64,000 nucleotides of DNA, taken from positions 64,001 to 128,000 of the forward strand of contig OZ244042.1 of assembly GCA_965215015.1 (NCBI GenBank), written 5' to 3'. The notes beneath the pieces were generated by a model. It saw only the letters and a program-made list of their open reading frames with translations, was not told the origin of the DNA and made no database searches. The position numbers and the translations under genes were made by a program. Positions 50,136 through 59,404 of this stretch are shown here, in pieces; position 1 is the first letter of the stretch, and each line of letters starts with the position of its first letter. The DNA comes from Candidatus Poribacteria bacterium. Lineage in GTDB: Bacteria; Poribacteria; WGA-4E; PCPOR2b.

Positions 50136-52004
50136 CTATTTGGGTTCAATTTTAAGAATCTTCGCCTCAAATAGCTTAAGCACCGGCGCGACCTCCGAGT
50201 CTCGTTCGGCTTGGTGCTGGAGCATCATTGGTGTTATCTCTTGAGACCTCCGAGAAGGCGGCAGCGTCGCGTTGACATGGGGGTTCGCGCTTGAAGCAAC
50301 GAAGCTAATTTGAACGGGTGCCCTAAGGAGATCGGCAAGCATCTCCTTGAGTAACCTCTTTTCGCCATCATTAATTGCCTCTGTATAGATTGGCGGACAA
50401 GCTACTTTCAACTCTAGCCCGTTACCTGACAGGGCTGCCCCCCCCGCGTTACTTGGCTGCGGCTTTGCGCTTTTCAAGTATCCATGCAATAACATCTTGC
50501 CTTTGTCTTGCAGCCTTACCAACAGTTCTTCCCAAATCTTTGCCAATTCATTTGAATCAGACATCACGTGCTGTACATCGTCAGGAATAGATTTGATATG
50601 GGGTTGGCCCGCACCGTCTCTATCCATATAAGTATCGGTAGAAACTGGCCTCGGCTCAATCTGAGTTTCTGAAGATGATTGTGCTCTATATTTTGAGGCT
50701 TGGGGGCCCGCTATTTCTCCATCTGTGCTGGGTTCTAAAACTGGTGCAAGGGCAGAATTTCTTGGCGCAGGTCCACCAGTTGATTCGGGAGCTGTTGGCG
50801 GTACATAGGTTCTACCTGGAGACCCCCTCCGATCAATCTTGTCCTCAATTTCTGATAGCCGCTTCAAAATCTTGGTCAGCTGGATGCCCTCTTGGATTGA
50901 GCAAGCATCAATTAGTGCAGATTCAAGATGGATTTGTGCATAGCCATGCTGCTTAATTTCACTGCTTGTTCGCATCAGAATTTTGATAATCCGTGAGAGG
51001 CGTTCTGGAGAAGCTAGATGCGCTTTCTCCTTCATTAGCTCCAGTTCTGACTTGGAAACCTGAATTATATCTTCTAAGTTCGATCCAATAGCTAAGAGCC
51101 TCAAATTTCTGAAGCTGGTAATCTGTTGATGGAGGCATTGGGTCAAATCCGTCCCATTCTTCACCAATTTATCGAGGGCTTGGAGTGCCGCTGGCAAGTC
51201 ACTTCCCAAGATTGCATCAATCAGCTTATTTATCAAATAACTTGAACCGAACCCCAGTATCTGGTTGATCTGATCCACATCAAGATCTTTACCGATTGAT
51301 GCGGTCAGTCGCTCTAACAAATTTTCGGCGTCCCTCAGACAGCCCTCCGATTGCAGAGAAATCAGCGATAGGCCTTGTGTATCAATATGGACACCCTCCG
51401 CTTCACAGAGGACTTGCAGCCGTCCCATGATCTGATCTTGCTCCATGTAGCGAAAGTCAAAATCTTGGCAGCGGGATACAATTGTCTTCGGAATTCTGTG
51501 GTGTTCGGTTGTTGCAAGGATAAAGATGACGTGCGGCGGGGGCTCTTCAAGCGTTTTCAGCAGGGCATTAAACGCTTCTTGCGTGAGCATATGTGCTTCG
51601 TCAATGATGTAGATTTTATAACGGCAGGCAGCGGGAGCCAGCTTAGTATTCTCGCGTAGCTCGCGGATGGGGTCAATACCTCGATTGGAGGCGGCGTCCA
51701 TCTCAACGACATCGAATGAACGTCCCTGAGAGATTTCCGAGCAGAACTGGCAATTATTGCAAGGTTCAGCTGTAAGCTCTTGACTAAACTCGGTCTCTTG
51801 CTGACGATTGGGGCAATTTACCGCTTTCGCGAGAATACGAGCGACCGTTGTTTTTCCGGTTCCCCTCGGGCCCCAGAACAGATAGGCATGTCCAATCCGA
51901 TCCGATAGGATTTGATTTTTTAGGGTTGTTATCACATGCGTCTGACCAACCACATCTTGAAATGATTGGGGACGCCATTTCTGAGCTAAAACCTCGTAAG
52001 ACAT
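50136..52004 (-). CDS. dnaX: DNA polymerase III subunit gamma/tau
   Basis: MSYEVLAQKWRP, GPRGTGKT, DAASNRG, IIDEAHML and SRCQ motifs. ATG at 52004. Confidence 0.97.
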   Translation of the reverse strand: MSYEVLAQKWRPQSFQDVVGQTHVITTLKNQILSDRIGHAYLFWGPRGTGKTTVARILAKAVNCPNRQQETEFSQELTAEPCNNCQFCSEISQGRSFDVVEMDAASNRGIDPIRELRENTKLAPAACRYKIYIIDEAHMLTQEAFNALLKTLEEPPPHVIFILATTEHHRIPKTIVSRCQDFDFRYMEQDQIMGRLQVLCEAEGVHIDTQGLSLISLQSEGCLRDAENLLERLTASIGKDLDVDQINQILGFGSSYLINKLIDAILGSDLPAALQALDKLVKNGTDLTQCLHQQITSFRNLRLLAIGSNLEDIIQVSKSELELMKEKAHLASPERLSRIIKILMRTSSEIKQHGYAQIHLESALIDACSIQEGIQLTKILKRLSEIEDKIDRRGSPGRTYVPPTAPESTGGPAPRNSALAPVLEPSTDGEIAGPQASKYRAQSSSETQIEPRPVSTDTYMDRDGAGQPHIKSIPDDVQHVMSDSNELAKIWEELLVRLQDKGKMLLHGYLKSAKPQPSNAGGAALSGNGLELKVACPPIYTEAINDGEKRLLKEMLADLLRAPVQISFVASSANPHVNATLPPSRRSQEITPMMLQHQAERDSEVAPVLKLFEAKILKIEPK

Positions 52005-52087
52005 AATTACCCCCATCAGGCGAAGCGGGGTTGACCCAAGGGATTCTATCTGACGAAAGCAAAAGGGGAAGGGGATAAAAAAATCCT

Positions 52088-52358
52088 GGCCATGCACCTA
52101 AAGCTTGACGAGTTCCCCCAAGCGTTACCCAAGCAGTTAGCTCCGACTAGGCTTCCCTGCGTCACACCCCCAGATTATCTACCGCTGCTTCCTTCCGGAC
52201 CTGACGGGGTTTGATAATTGTGAGTTGCTCAGGACCCAATCTTCATCACCACTTACATGGGGCAGTCCTCAAAAGAAGTTCGCCGCACAATAGGAATTCA
52301 GCCCTGCTATAGCGGATTGCAGGTTCAGGGCACCGCTACCTCCCCGCTTAGCATAGCC
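52088..52358 (-). ncRNA. ffs: Large bacterial SRP RNA (with Alu domain)
   Basis: Minus strand contains GGGGAGGTAGCGGTGCCCTG..CCTGCAATCCGCTATAGCAGGG (Alu) and CAGGTCCGGAAGGAAGCAGC (helix 8). Termini are complementary. Lies upstream of dnaX. Confidence 0.93.
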
Positions 52359-52379
52359 AAGTCTCGACAAAGGTGATAA

Positions 52380-52470
52380 TGGCGGAGAGAGTGGGATTCG
52401 AACCCACGGTACAGTTACCTGCACACATGATTTCCAGTCATGCCAGTTCAACCAACTCCTGCATCTCTCC
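52380..52470 (-). tRNA. tRNA-Ser(GGA)
   Basis: Anticodon arm CATGA-CTGGAAA-TCATG, long variable arm, GTTCGAATC, encoded CCA. Confidence 0.95.
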
Positions 52471-52575
52471 GAAAATCTTGAGCAGCACCTGATTTCCAGC
52501 TAGCGTTCTATAGCAGAAAACCTGTCCCATGCTGTCCAAAAGTTTGTTCCAATCATTAACGATTGGCAAAATCTA

Positions 52576-52648
52576 TGGAGCAGACGGGATTTGAACCCGT
52601 GACCTCATCCGTGCGAGGGATGCGCTCTCCCAACTGAGCCACTGCCCC
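52576..52648 (-). tRNA. tRNA-Ala(CGC)
   Basis: Anticodon arm CATCC-CTCGCAC-GGATG, G3:U70 pair, CCA not encoded. Confidence 0.95.
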
Positions 52649-52654
52649 AAAAGG

Positions 52655-52743
52655 CGGAGAGAGTGGGATTCGAACCCACGGTGACGATAACGCCACAACA
52701 GTTTTCGAGACTGTCCTGTTCAACCGGGCTCCAGCATCTCTCC
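52655..52743 (-). tRNA. tRNA-Ser(CGA)
   Basis: Anticodon arm ACAGT-CTCGAAA-ACTGT, long variable arm, G73. Confidence 0.95.
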
Positions 52744-52749
52744 AAAAAT

Positions 52750-53199
52750 TTAGGTTCGCCGACCTCGAAAAAAAGATTTGAGCAGCTGGCTGCTCTCTTC
52801 TGCTAAAACCCCCTGCGTGATATCCACTTGGTGATTAAGCCGGTTGTCTTGTAATAGGTTAAACAGTGTTCCTGCAGCACCCGACTTTGGATCTGAGGCG
52901 GCGTAAACAACCCGCGGAATGCGAGCCAAGACGATTGCCCCACAACACATCGGACACGGTTCCAAAGTTACATAAAGCGTCGTATCCGTTAAACGCCAAT
53001 CACCGACAGATGAAGCAGCCAATCGAATCGCAATCAGTTCTGCGTGAGCGGTTGGATCCTTTGCCCCTTCCCGCTGATTGTGCGAGCAAGCGAGGACAAT
53101 TCCGTCCTTGACGATAATCGCACCAACGGGCACTTCACCGAACGAGGCACCCTGACGTGCAACAGCGAGAGCTTCACGCATCCAGAACTGATCCGACAT
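52750..53199 (-). CDS. tadA: tRNA adenosine(34) deaminase
   Basis: EVPVGA, DPTAHAE and TLEPCPMC motifs. ATG at 53199. Confidence 0.95.
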   Translation of the reverse strand: MSDQFWMREALAVARQGASFGEVPVGAIIVKDGIVLACSHNQREGAKDPTAHAELIAIRLAASSVGDWRLTDTTLYVTLEPCPMCCGAIVLARIPRVVYAASDPKSGAAGTLFNLLQDNRLNHQVDITQGVLAEESSQLLKSFFRGRRT

Positions 53200-53509
53200 T
53201 GCAAAAGATCGAGGCGGGACGATTGCCCCAATTCGCCCTTTCGGCCCCGCAGCCGGAACCACGGAACCGAAAACACATATTCTCGAATTACACAGCCCCT
53301 ATTTTCGGGGCTAGCTATTGTTTAAAAATGAAGAACAGGGGCCACAGATGTAGCCATACGATATAGAGTAATTACAATTACATTCACAAGAGGTTACATT
53401 TTTAGTGTGAAGTTTTGAACATCTACCCGGGCCTTGCGACGATCATTCTCTAGGCAACGATCTAGAGCGTCTTGTGCATCTCTTAATTTCTCGTTGGTTT
53501 TATCTAACT

Positions 53510-53748
53510 GAGGAGTGCTCATAAATAGGGCCTGATGTATATCCCCCTCAACGGGCGTTGGACAATGAGCACCTCTTAAATAAACCCTGTTCGTAGTAGT
53601 GCAATTCATTGCCCGTTTGTCCCTATCCGCGGCCTCCGCTAAAGCCGAGATCCAACACTTTTTCCCGAACGTTCAGGCGTTTCTCAAGCCGTGTCCTCTG
53701 AGTCATCTATTTAATCCGTGATTCAGACAATTATTATGAGCACCCCTC
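53510..53748. mobile_element. MITE of the same family as 3070-3312
   Basis: Ends GAGGAGTGCTCATAA ... TTATGAGCACCCCTC, flanks ATCTAACT and ATCTACCT (7 of 8 match). Shares the subterminal GATTCAGACAATTA. Confidence 0.8.
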
Positions 53749-53855
53749 ATCTACCTTGAATTCTTCTGCATCTACGTCTTGCGCTGCCAAACGAGCATTA
53801 CGTTCTGCCTGTGCCACAAGCTAGTCGAACCCCTCAAAAAGGAATTTCATATTAT

Positions 53856-54168
53856 TAGGACTTACGCAAAATCAATAGACATAATGGTTGAAAAAGAATA
53901 GAAGGGACAGCATAGAGGTGAATATGAGCTAACTGACTCGATTCCTGTCAGTATTTGCTCAGCAGCTCTACCAACTATACCTTAATTCATTGCCAAAGGG
54001 GGCATTAATTGTTCGGAATCATATCGATTGTGCAATGTTGGTTCGGGTGCGACTCAAGCAAGGGACGTATCAGACAGCATTTATCAAGTCAAACACAGTT
54101 TATCCTCTAAATACCTACGACACCAATTGGAATCGCCTGCTATTCAGATGCAACTTGCGTAAGTCCTA
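53856..54168 (+). mobile_element. Internally deleted IS701-like insertion sequence
   Basis: Perfect TIR TAGGACTTACGCAA / TTGCGTAAGTCCTA with flanking ATATTAT repeat. Transposase remnants CQYLLSSSTNYTL (N-term) and RNHIDCAMLVRVRLKQ...KYLRHQLESPAIQMQLA-stop (C-term). Confidence 0.75.
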
Positions 54169-54177
54169 ATATTATTA

Positions 54178-54251
54178 AGCGCCCGAGAGGATTTGAACCC
54201 CCGACCTTCTGATCCGTAGTCAGATGCTCTGATCCACTGAGCTACAGGCGC
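54178..54251 (-). tRNA. tRNA-Arg(ACG)
   Basis: Anticodon arm TCTGA-CTACGGA-TCAGA with A20 present. CCA not encoded; the discriminator reads U. Confidence 0.94.
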
Positions 54252-54260
54252 ATAAGAAAC

Positions 54261-54350
54261 TGGCGGAGGAGGTGGGATTCGAACCCACGATGGCGGTTAA
54301 GCCATAACTGCTTAGCAGGCAGCCCAGTTCAACCACTCCTGCACCCCTCC
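54261..54350 (-). tRNA. tRNA-Ser(GCT)
   Basis: Anticodon loop CTGCTAA, long variable arm, encoded CCA. Confidence 0.95.
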
Positions 54351-54361
54351 ATTTGGAATCA

Positions 54362-54449
54362 TGGCGGTGGGAGTAGGATTCGAACCCACGGTGACTTGCG
54401 CCACAACGGTTTTCAAGACCGCCGCTTTCGACCTCTCAGCCATCCCACC
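54362..54449 (-). tRNA. tRNA-Ser(TGA)
   Basis: Anticodon loop CTTGAAA, long variable arm, encoded CCA. Confidence 0.95.
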
Positions 54450-54463
54450 AAAAAAGCGTTTCT

Positions 54464-54492
54464 ATTGTAACAAAAAAAACAAGCTTTGTCAA
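54464..54492 (-). promoter_or_regulatory. Strong sigma70-type promoter of the tRNA cluster
   Basis: Minus strand TTGACA, 17-nt spacer, TACAAT with extended TG, 14 nt upstream of tRNA-Ser(TGA). Confidence 0.8.
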
Positions 54493-54963
54493 GAATCATT
54501 GAACGCTTTAGGGGCATTTAATTCTCCTGTAGGTCAAAGACTCTCGGAACGGAGTTGAAAACTCTCCCGGAATGGAAAGGGATCCCCGAATCCCGATACC
54601 TCACTGTATTGCTCCGTCCCGAGAGTTTTCAGCTTGCATCCCGATTTATCGGGGAGCAACTTCCCAATCGCGACTTATCCCATAGAACCAACAGAAAATT
54701 GAGTGCAGCGAAATCCCAATCTTATCGGGGCAGGGCGACATGTGCAGTTTGCGTTAAAACAGTCCAAAAATTTCAGAATAATTTTTCGAGGACCTTCTTG
54801 TGCAAAACGGTCAGGAATAAGTCATAGCGTAAGTTCTGCCCCTTTTTGTTCTATCAAAATTCTCCGGTTTACTCTGAAACTTTCGAGTGCTGCTCAACAG
54901 TGTTGTTCGACTAGCAGCTTCGGTTACACTTATATTGATTACAAAACCTGTGATTTACCGATA

Positions 54964-55003
54964 GGGGCTTTAGCCCCGTAAAGCCCAAGCATTTATGCTT
55001 GGG
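54964..55003. mobile_element. IS200/IS605-type left-end hairpins
   Basis: GGGGCT-TT-AGCCCC and CCCAAGCAT-TT-ATGCTTGGG palindromes upstream of the tnpB remnant. Confidence 0.55.
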
Positions 55004-55139
55004 ACGCTTTTTTTTATTGAAATCGCAGACAAAATGGAGTATACTTATTTTGTCTTTCGTGGGAGATTTTCACCCCTATCGCACGATAGGGTCTCCCACA
55101 CCCTCGTGAAATAGGTACGAAAGATAGAAAGACTCTCCG

Positions 55140-55751
55140 ATGAAAACCTACAAGCTCAAGATGTATAGCCATCACGGCAACCGTGAATTGCAACAAACGA
55201 TTGATGCCTACGCTGAGGCCTGGAATTACTTTGTTGCCTTGTGTCGCAGATACTATGCTATCTACAGCAAATATCCGGGCAAGAAGGCACTGATGCGACA
55301 CTTGACAAAGTTAAAGCAGTTCCCTCGCTTTGCACGCTGGAATCTTCTACCGAGTCAGTCCAAGCAAGACGCTATACAGCGGATAGACAATGGCTACCAG
55401 AAAATGTTTGCTGACCGGAGGCAGGGCAAAAAGTGCGGACGTCCTCGCTTCAAACCACCAAAAAGATACAAGTCGTTCCCCACCGCTAAGAACCCCCACC
55501 CCCCGCAAGCGGGGACGCCCCAGGTGGGCTATCCGTCAATACCTGGCTCATTGAGCCTAGAACGGTCTGATACTATATGGCTATTTGGGGTTAGGGGGCA
55601 AGCCGGTTGGAAACTGCTACAAAGCAACTCTATCCGTATCGGTCAGTGAATCTACCGATACTTCAAAAGTCGGGAAGTGAAAGGCACCCCGAAACGCTGT
55701 ACGATTAAGCGGGATAGCGTAGAAGACGTATGGCTCATCATTCTGACAGAT
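55140..55751 (+). pseudogene. tnpB: Truncated IS200/IS605 TnpB with an in-frame repeat insertion and a premature stop
   Basis: MKTYKLKMY...AWNYFVAL...SQSKQDAIQRID...GRPRFK..RYKSF, insert, QAGWKLL, TGA at 55647, YRYFKSREVKG.PK..TIKRD. No RuvC or zinc-finger part. Confidence 0.85.
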
Positions 55752-55922
55752 TATGCGGTAGGCATACTCTATTCCGATGGATTGGGATTCAAAGCAATAG
55801 ACTGTAACTGCACACAACCCCGTAGGTCGAGATTCATATCTCTACACCAAAATGTCAACAGAACCTAGCAACTTGCGCTATTCAATTCACTTTTTTTATT
55901 ATTCGTAGGAGGATAAATCAAC

Positions 55923-56759
55923 ATGGCCGAATCAAGTAGTGATAGGGTATATACGATGGGACGCAGCAAGGAGGAGACAGAACGGTTGATTCAGCAGTCA
56001 GGACTGTATGAAGATATAACAGGACGGCTTCTCAGGGAGGCAGGTCTTTTTACTGGAATGAAGGTCCTTGACATTGGCAGTGGTGCTGGGGATGTGGCGT
56101 TCGCTGCCGCAGAATTGGTTGGGAGTGAGGGGGAGGTCCTCGGTGTAGATATGAACCCGGAAATCCTCGAAACCGCCCGAACACGAGCGCAGGCAGCAGG
56201 TTTGGCAAACGTCCAGTTCGTGGCAGGAGACGCCCAAACTTTGGACCTACCGAACGACTTTGATGCCCTTATTGGACGCTTGGTCTTGATGTATCTCCCT
56301 AATCCCGTGGATACTTTGAAACAGCTCGCAACGCACCTACGCCCAGGGGGGATTGTCGCTTTTCAGGAGGTTGAGTTCTCGACCTACTCGTCAATTGCTC
56401 GTCCAGAGACCCCCATGATGAACCAGTTGGCAGAGTGGGGAGTAGAGGTGTTTCGATGCTCGGGAGCGAATGTTGGAATGGGACTTGACCTATACGGCAC
56501 TTTTGTCGATGCGGGCTTGCCAGAGCCTACTCTACAGTATGCAGCACCGGTGGGTGGTCCAGGAACGTGGATAGGTTACCAATTCATAACAAACGCCTTT
56601 CGCAGTATACTCCCGCTCTTGGAAGCATACGGGCTCGCGACAGCTGAAGAGGTCGATTTAGAAACGCTTGTCCAACGGCTTCGAGCGGAAGTTGTTGCAT
56701 CAAAACGTCCACTTGTCTTGCCGCCACATGTCACGGCTTGGGCACAACTTCCAACGTAA
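55923..56759 (+). CDS. Class I SAM-dependent methyltransferase
   Basis: VLDIGSGAGDV, GVDMN and FDALIGRLVLMY...LRPGG motifs. Confidence 0.92.
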   Translation: MAESSSDRVYTMGRSKEETERLIQQSGLYEDITGRLLREAGLFTGMKVLDIGSGAGDVAFAAAELVGSEGEVLGVDMNPEILETARTRAQAAGLANVQFVAGDAQTLDLPNDFDALIGRLVLMYLPNPVDTLKQLATHLRPGGIVAFQEVEFSTYSSIARPETPMMNQLAEWGVEVFRCSGANVGMGLDLYGTFVDAGLPEPTLQYAAPVGGPGTWIGYQFITNAFRSILPLLEAYGLATAEEVDLETLVQRLRAEVVASKRPLVLPPHVTAWAQLPT

Positions 56760-57129
56760 AGTTGCTTATTGGGTTTGGTATTCTAATTCAAGTTGCTAGT
56801 TGTCAAACCTCCTCGGCTTGTATAGACATATCCAAGCCATCTCTGTGAATACGTGATGTTTTGTCAATCCACAGCGACCAGTGATTAACTCGATTTAGCG
56901 CTCATTTTCTGGGATCGCAGTGTTTCCTATAAGTGGCAACTTGAGTTACTTTACCCTGATAGTTGACAGCGTGGGCCTCCTAGCCCGACTCTCAAAGCCC
57001 CAGCGAGACGCCATGGGCGTAACCTTGGGAGGATACGCGATAAACCTCTAGTATTTGTCAAGTACAGAAACTCAACCTACAAACTCTCTAGCAACTTGGG
57101 TTATTCTAATTGATGGCGATCGGAGTACT

Positions 57130-59223
57130 TCATATCCGATTTGCGATGAACATTTCCCCGACCGCCAACAGGAACACCCCAAGCATCAAATACCACCACA
57201 TCCCCTGATTTTTTTCAACCTCGCTGTGATACTGCGTGACCATCTCCGATGTGACAACCTCCGTGGAGGTGGCTTTTTCACCGCCAGTCAGCATGCTGTT
57301 CAATTCCTCTGAATCGCGGGTGGCAAGGTTGGATTCAATCGTGTCCGGATTGACAACGAAATAACGCGGTTGTTTGCCGGAGATATGCACGGAATAGATT
57401 CCCGGATGCTCAGTAGCGTCGTAGATAACGCCGCTGCCTTCGTTGATTTCTGTCCGGGTCTCCTCACCCACTGGGTTAAAAATGGCGACTTCTGTGCCCC
57501 ATGGCAGTTGATAGCCGCCCAATTCCACCAAATCACCGATGCGATAATCGGATTTCTCATCGGATCGTTTCAGCGCAAGGTATTTGACAGTTTCGTACAG
57601 AAACGGCAGATAAACACCGTGAATTGGAAGGTCTGTCCACTCCCGATCGATCGTTGAGGTGAAACAAAGCACACGCCCAGTCCCATAAACTTTCTCAAAG
57701 AGTGCCGGACTTCCATCATCAAAGCTTGCCAAGACCATTGAACCCTTTAGGGGCACGGTTTGGATGTACCGATAGAATCGTCCCTTTCCAAAGTCACCGT
57801 GATTTGGGTCTTTGAATGGATGGAAAATGGGGTGGTCGTAGTCGATCGTTGCGAGGACGCTGAACCGATCATGATCGAGTGCGTCGCCAACCGGCTGCAC
57901 GAAGTTGCACGGCATCAACGGTTCTTCGCCCTCACCGAGTGTACTCCGATATGCCTCCAAATCCATCCGATCTCCCGCGGTGATAATCAAACCACCCCCA
58001 GCTCCGACGAACGTCCTCAATGACTGTGGCTCCGCGCCGATCAAGCTCTCCACATTTGCCAAGATAATTACATCATATTTTGAAAGCTCCGAAGCATTTG
58101 GCAGCTGATGAGATTGTGTCAAGTCGATTGGGACAATTTGAGCCCCCGGCTGGAGTGCTGCCTCCAAAAAGAATGTCTCACTTTCATAATCGCGCCGCCC
58201 CGGCTCCCCGTTGATGCAGTGCACCTTAATTGACTTCAGGCTTTGCAGACGGAAGTACCGCCTATTGTCAATCTCTAGATGGTCGCCCGGTATGGCAGCA
58301 TAGCCGGTGTGAATCTTTTCTGTTCTGAAACGGACTGAAAATAGAGCATCCATTGTATCATTGGGCTCGATATCGAGCGTAGTCATGCCGATATTGTTAT
58401 CATCAGCAAATAGTTGCACAGGTAATCCTTCAACCGCTTGCTCTCCAAAGTTCTGAACGCGGACAACCACCTGTGCCGGTGCCTGCTCGTTCAGCACCAC
58501 CTGCGGTACACTCACGCCAGTGATTGCGAGATTAATCGGCTCTTTCGCGCTTACATCGACAAAAGCAAGCTCAATATCGGGACTGAGTTTATCGGTATCA
58601 ACAAAACTCTCCCACCCGATCCGTTGCAAATCGCTGATGAAGTAAATCTGCTTATGTCCAATCTTTGCTTCCCCAAGTATCTCATCCGCCGATTGAATTG
58701 CGTCTAGGTAATCGGTCGTGTGATTGGTCAACGGCGCGCCCATTACCGCTGTTTGGATCTGTCGGTGCTCTACATCAAGCGGTTTAATCACCTTTGCTCG
58801 ATTACTAGTAAAGATAAGGGCAGAAGTGTCATTGGGTTGAAGGTCGTCAGTGATTTCTATCGCCGCCTTTTTCGCCTGATCGAAGGTATCGAGATAACCC
58901 ATGCTATAGGAGGTATCCAGAATAATAACGATATTTCGCACCCCACCTGTCACCCCAGTGGTAGCAGGGGTATTTGCGAAAAATGGGCGTGCGAACGCTA
59001 GCCCAAGCAACGCCAAGATCAGGATGCGCATCAACAATAGGAGCAGTTGTTTCAGTCGATGTCGCTGCACATTTGCTTGATGGGACATCTTGATAAAACG
59101 GATCGTGCTGAACACAAGCCGTCTCGCACGCTCTCGGTTGAGGAGGTGGATAATTAGGGGCAGCGATGCTGCCGCCGCACCAGCGGCGAGGAATAGAGGG
59201 GTTAGGAATTGGAGTCCAAACAT
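57130..59223 (-). CDS. BatA/vWA domain membrane protein
   Basis: FLTP...PLIIHLL N-terminal BatA region, ILDTSYSM MIDAS, FISDLQ, DNRRY, glutamine amidotransferase-like DVIILANV segment, C-terminal TM. Confidence 0.88.
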   Translation of the reverse strand: MFGLQFLTPLFLAAGAAAASLPLIIHLLNRERARRLVFSTIRFIKMSHQANVQRHRLKQLLLLLMRILILALLGLAFARPFFANTPATTGVTGGVRNIVIILDTSYSMGYLDTFDQAKKAAIEITDDLQPNDTSALIFTSNRAKVIKPLDVEHRQIQTAVMGAPLTNHTTDYLDAIQSADEILGEAKIGHKQIYFISDLQRIGWESFVDTDKLSPDIELAFVDVSAKEPINLAITGVSVPQVVLNEQAPAQVVVRVQNFGEQAVEGLPVQLFADDNNIGMTTLDIEPNDTMDALFSVRFRTEKIHTGYAAIPGDHLEIDNRRYFRLQSLKSIKVHCINGEPGRRDYESETFFLEAALQPGAQIVPIDLTQSHQLPNASELSKYDVIILANVESLIGAEPQSLRTFVGAGGGLIITAGDRMDLEAYRSTLGEGEEPLMPCNFVQPVGDALDHDRFSVLATIDYDHPIFHPFKDPNHGDFGKGRFYRYIQTVPLKGSMVLASFDDGSPALFEKVYGTGRVLCFTSTIDREWTDLPIHGVYLPFLYETVKYLALKRSDEKSDYRIGDLVELGGYQLPWGTEVAIFNPVGEETRTEINEGSGVIYDATEHPGIYSVHISGKQPRYFVVNPDTIESNLATRDSEELNSMLTGGEKATSTEVVTSEMVTQYHSEVEKNQGMWWYLMLGVFLLAVGEMFIANRI

Positions 59224-59404
59224 AGAGTTGATCCTTGTTTTTGGGAGATGGTTTTCTTAAGGTGGAACTTAATCGTCTGAGGCATCTTTTGGAGACCGTT
59301 CCTTGAGTTTCTGCATCAATAAAGGGGTCTTGGCACGCATTTCGTCCTCTAAGTGGCATAGACATCGGCTAGTATAATCAAGGAGTAGTCATTGACAATC
59401 TCGT

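Noticed and set aside
52269-52451. Short ORFs over RNA genes (also 54361-54558 and the dnaX extension to 52097)
   Set aside because: They overlap tRNA or SRP RNA sequence.
54362-54449. Selenocysteine or suppressor tRNA
   Set aside because: The anticodon is TGA, which reads the Ser codon UCA, not TCA. The acceptor stem is the normal 7 bp.
55140-55868. Functional TnpB/omega-RNA nuclease system
   Set aside because: It has a premature stop and an insertion, and lacks RuvC, the zinc finger and an adjacent right end.
52380-56000. tRNA-anchored genomic island or prophage
   Set aside because: No integrase, no duplicated tRNA 3' end and no phage genes were seen, only small IS remnants.
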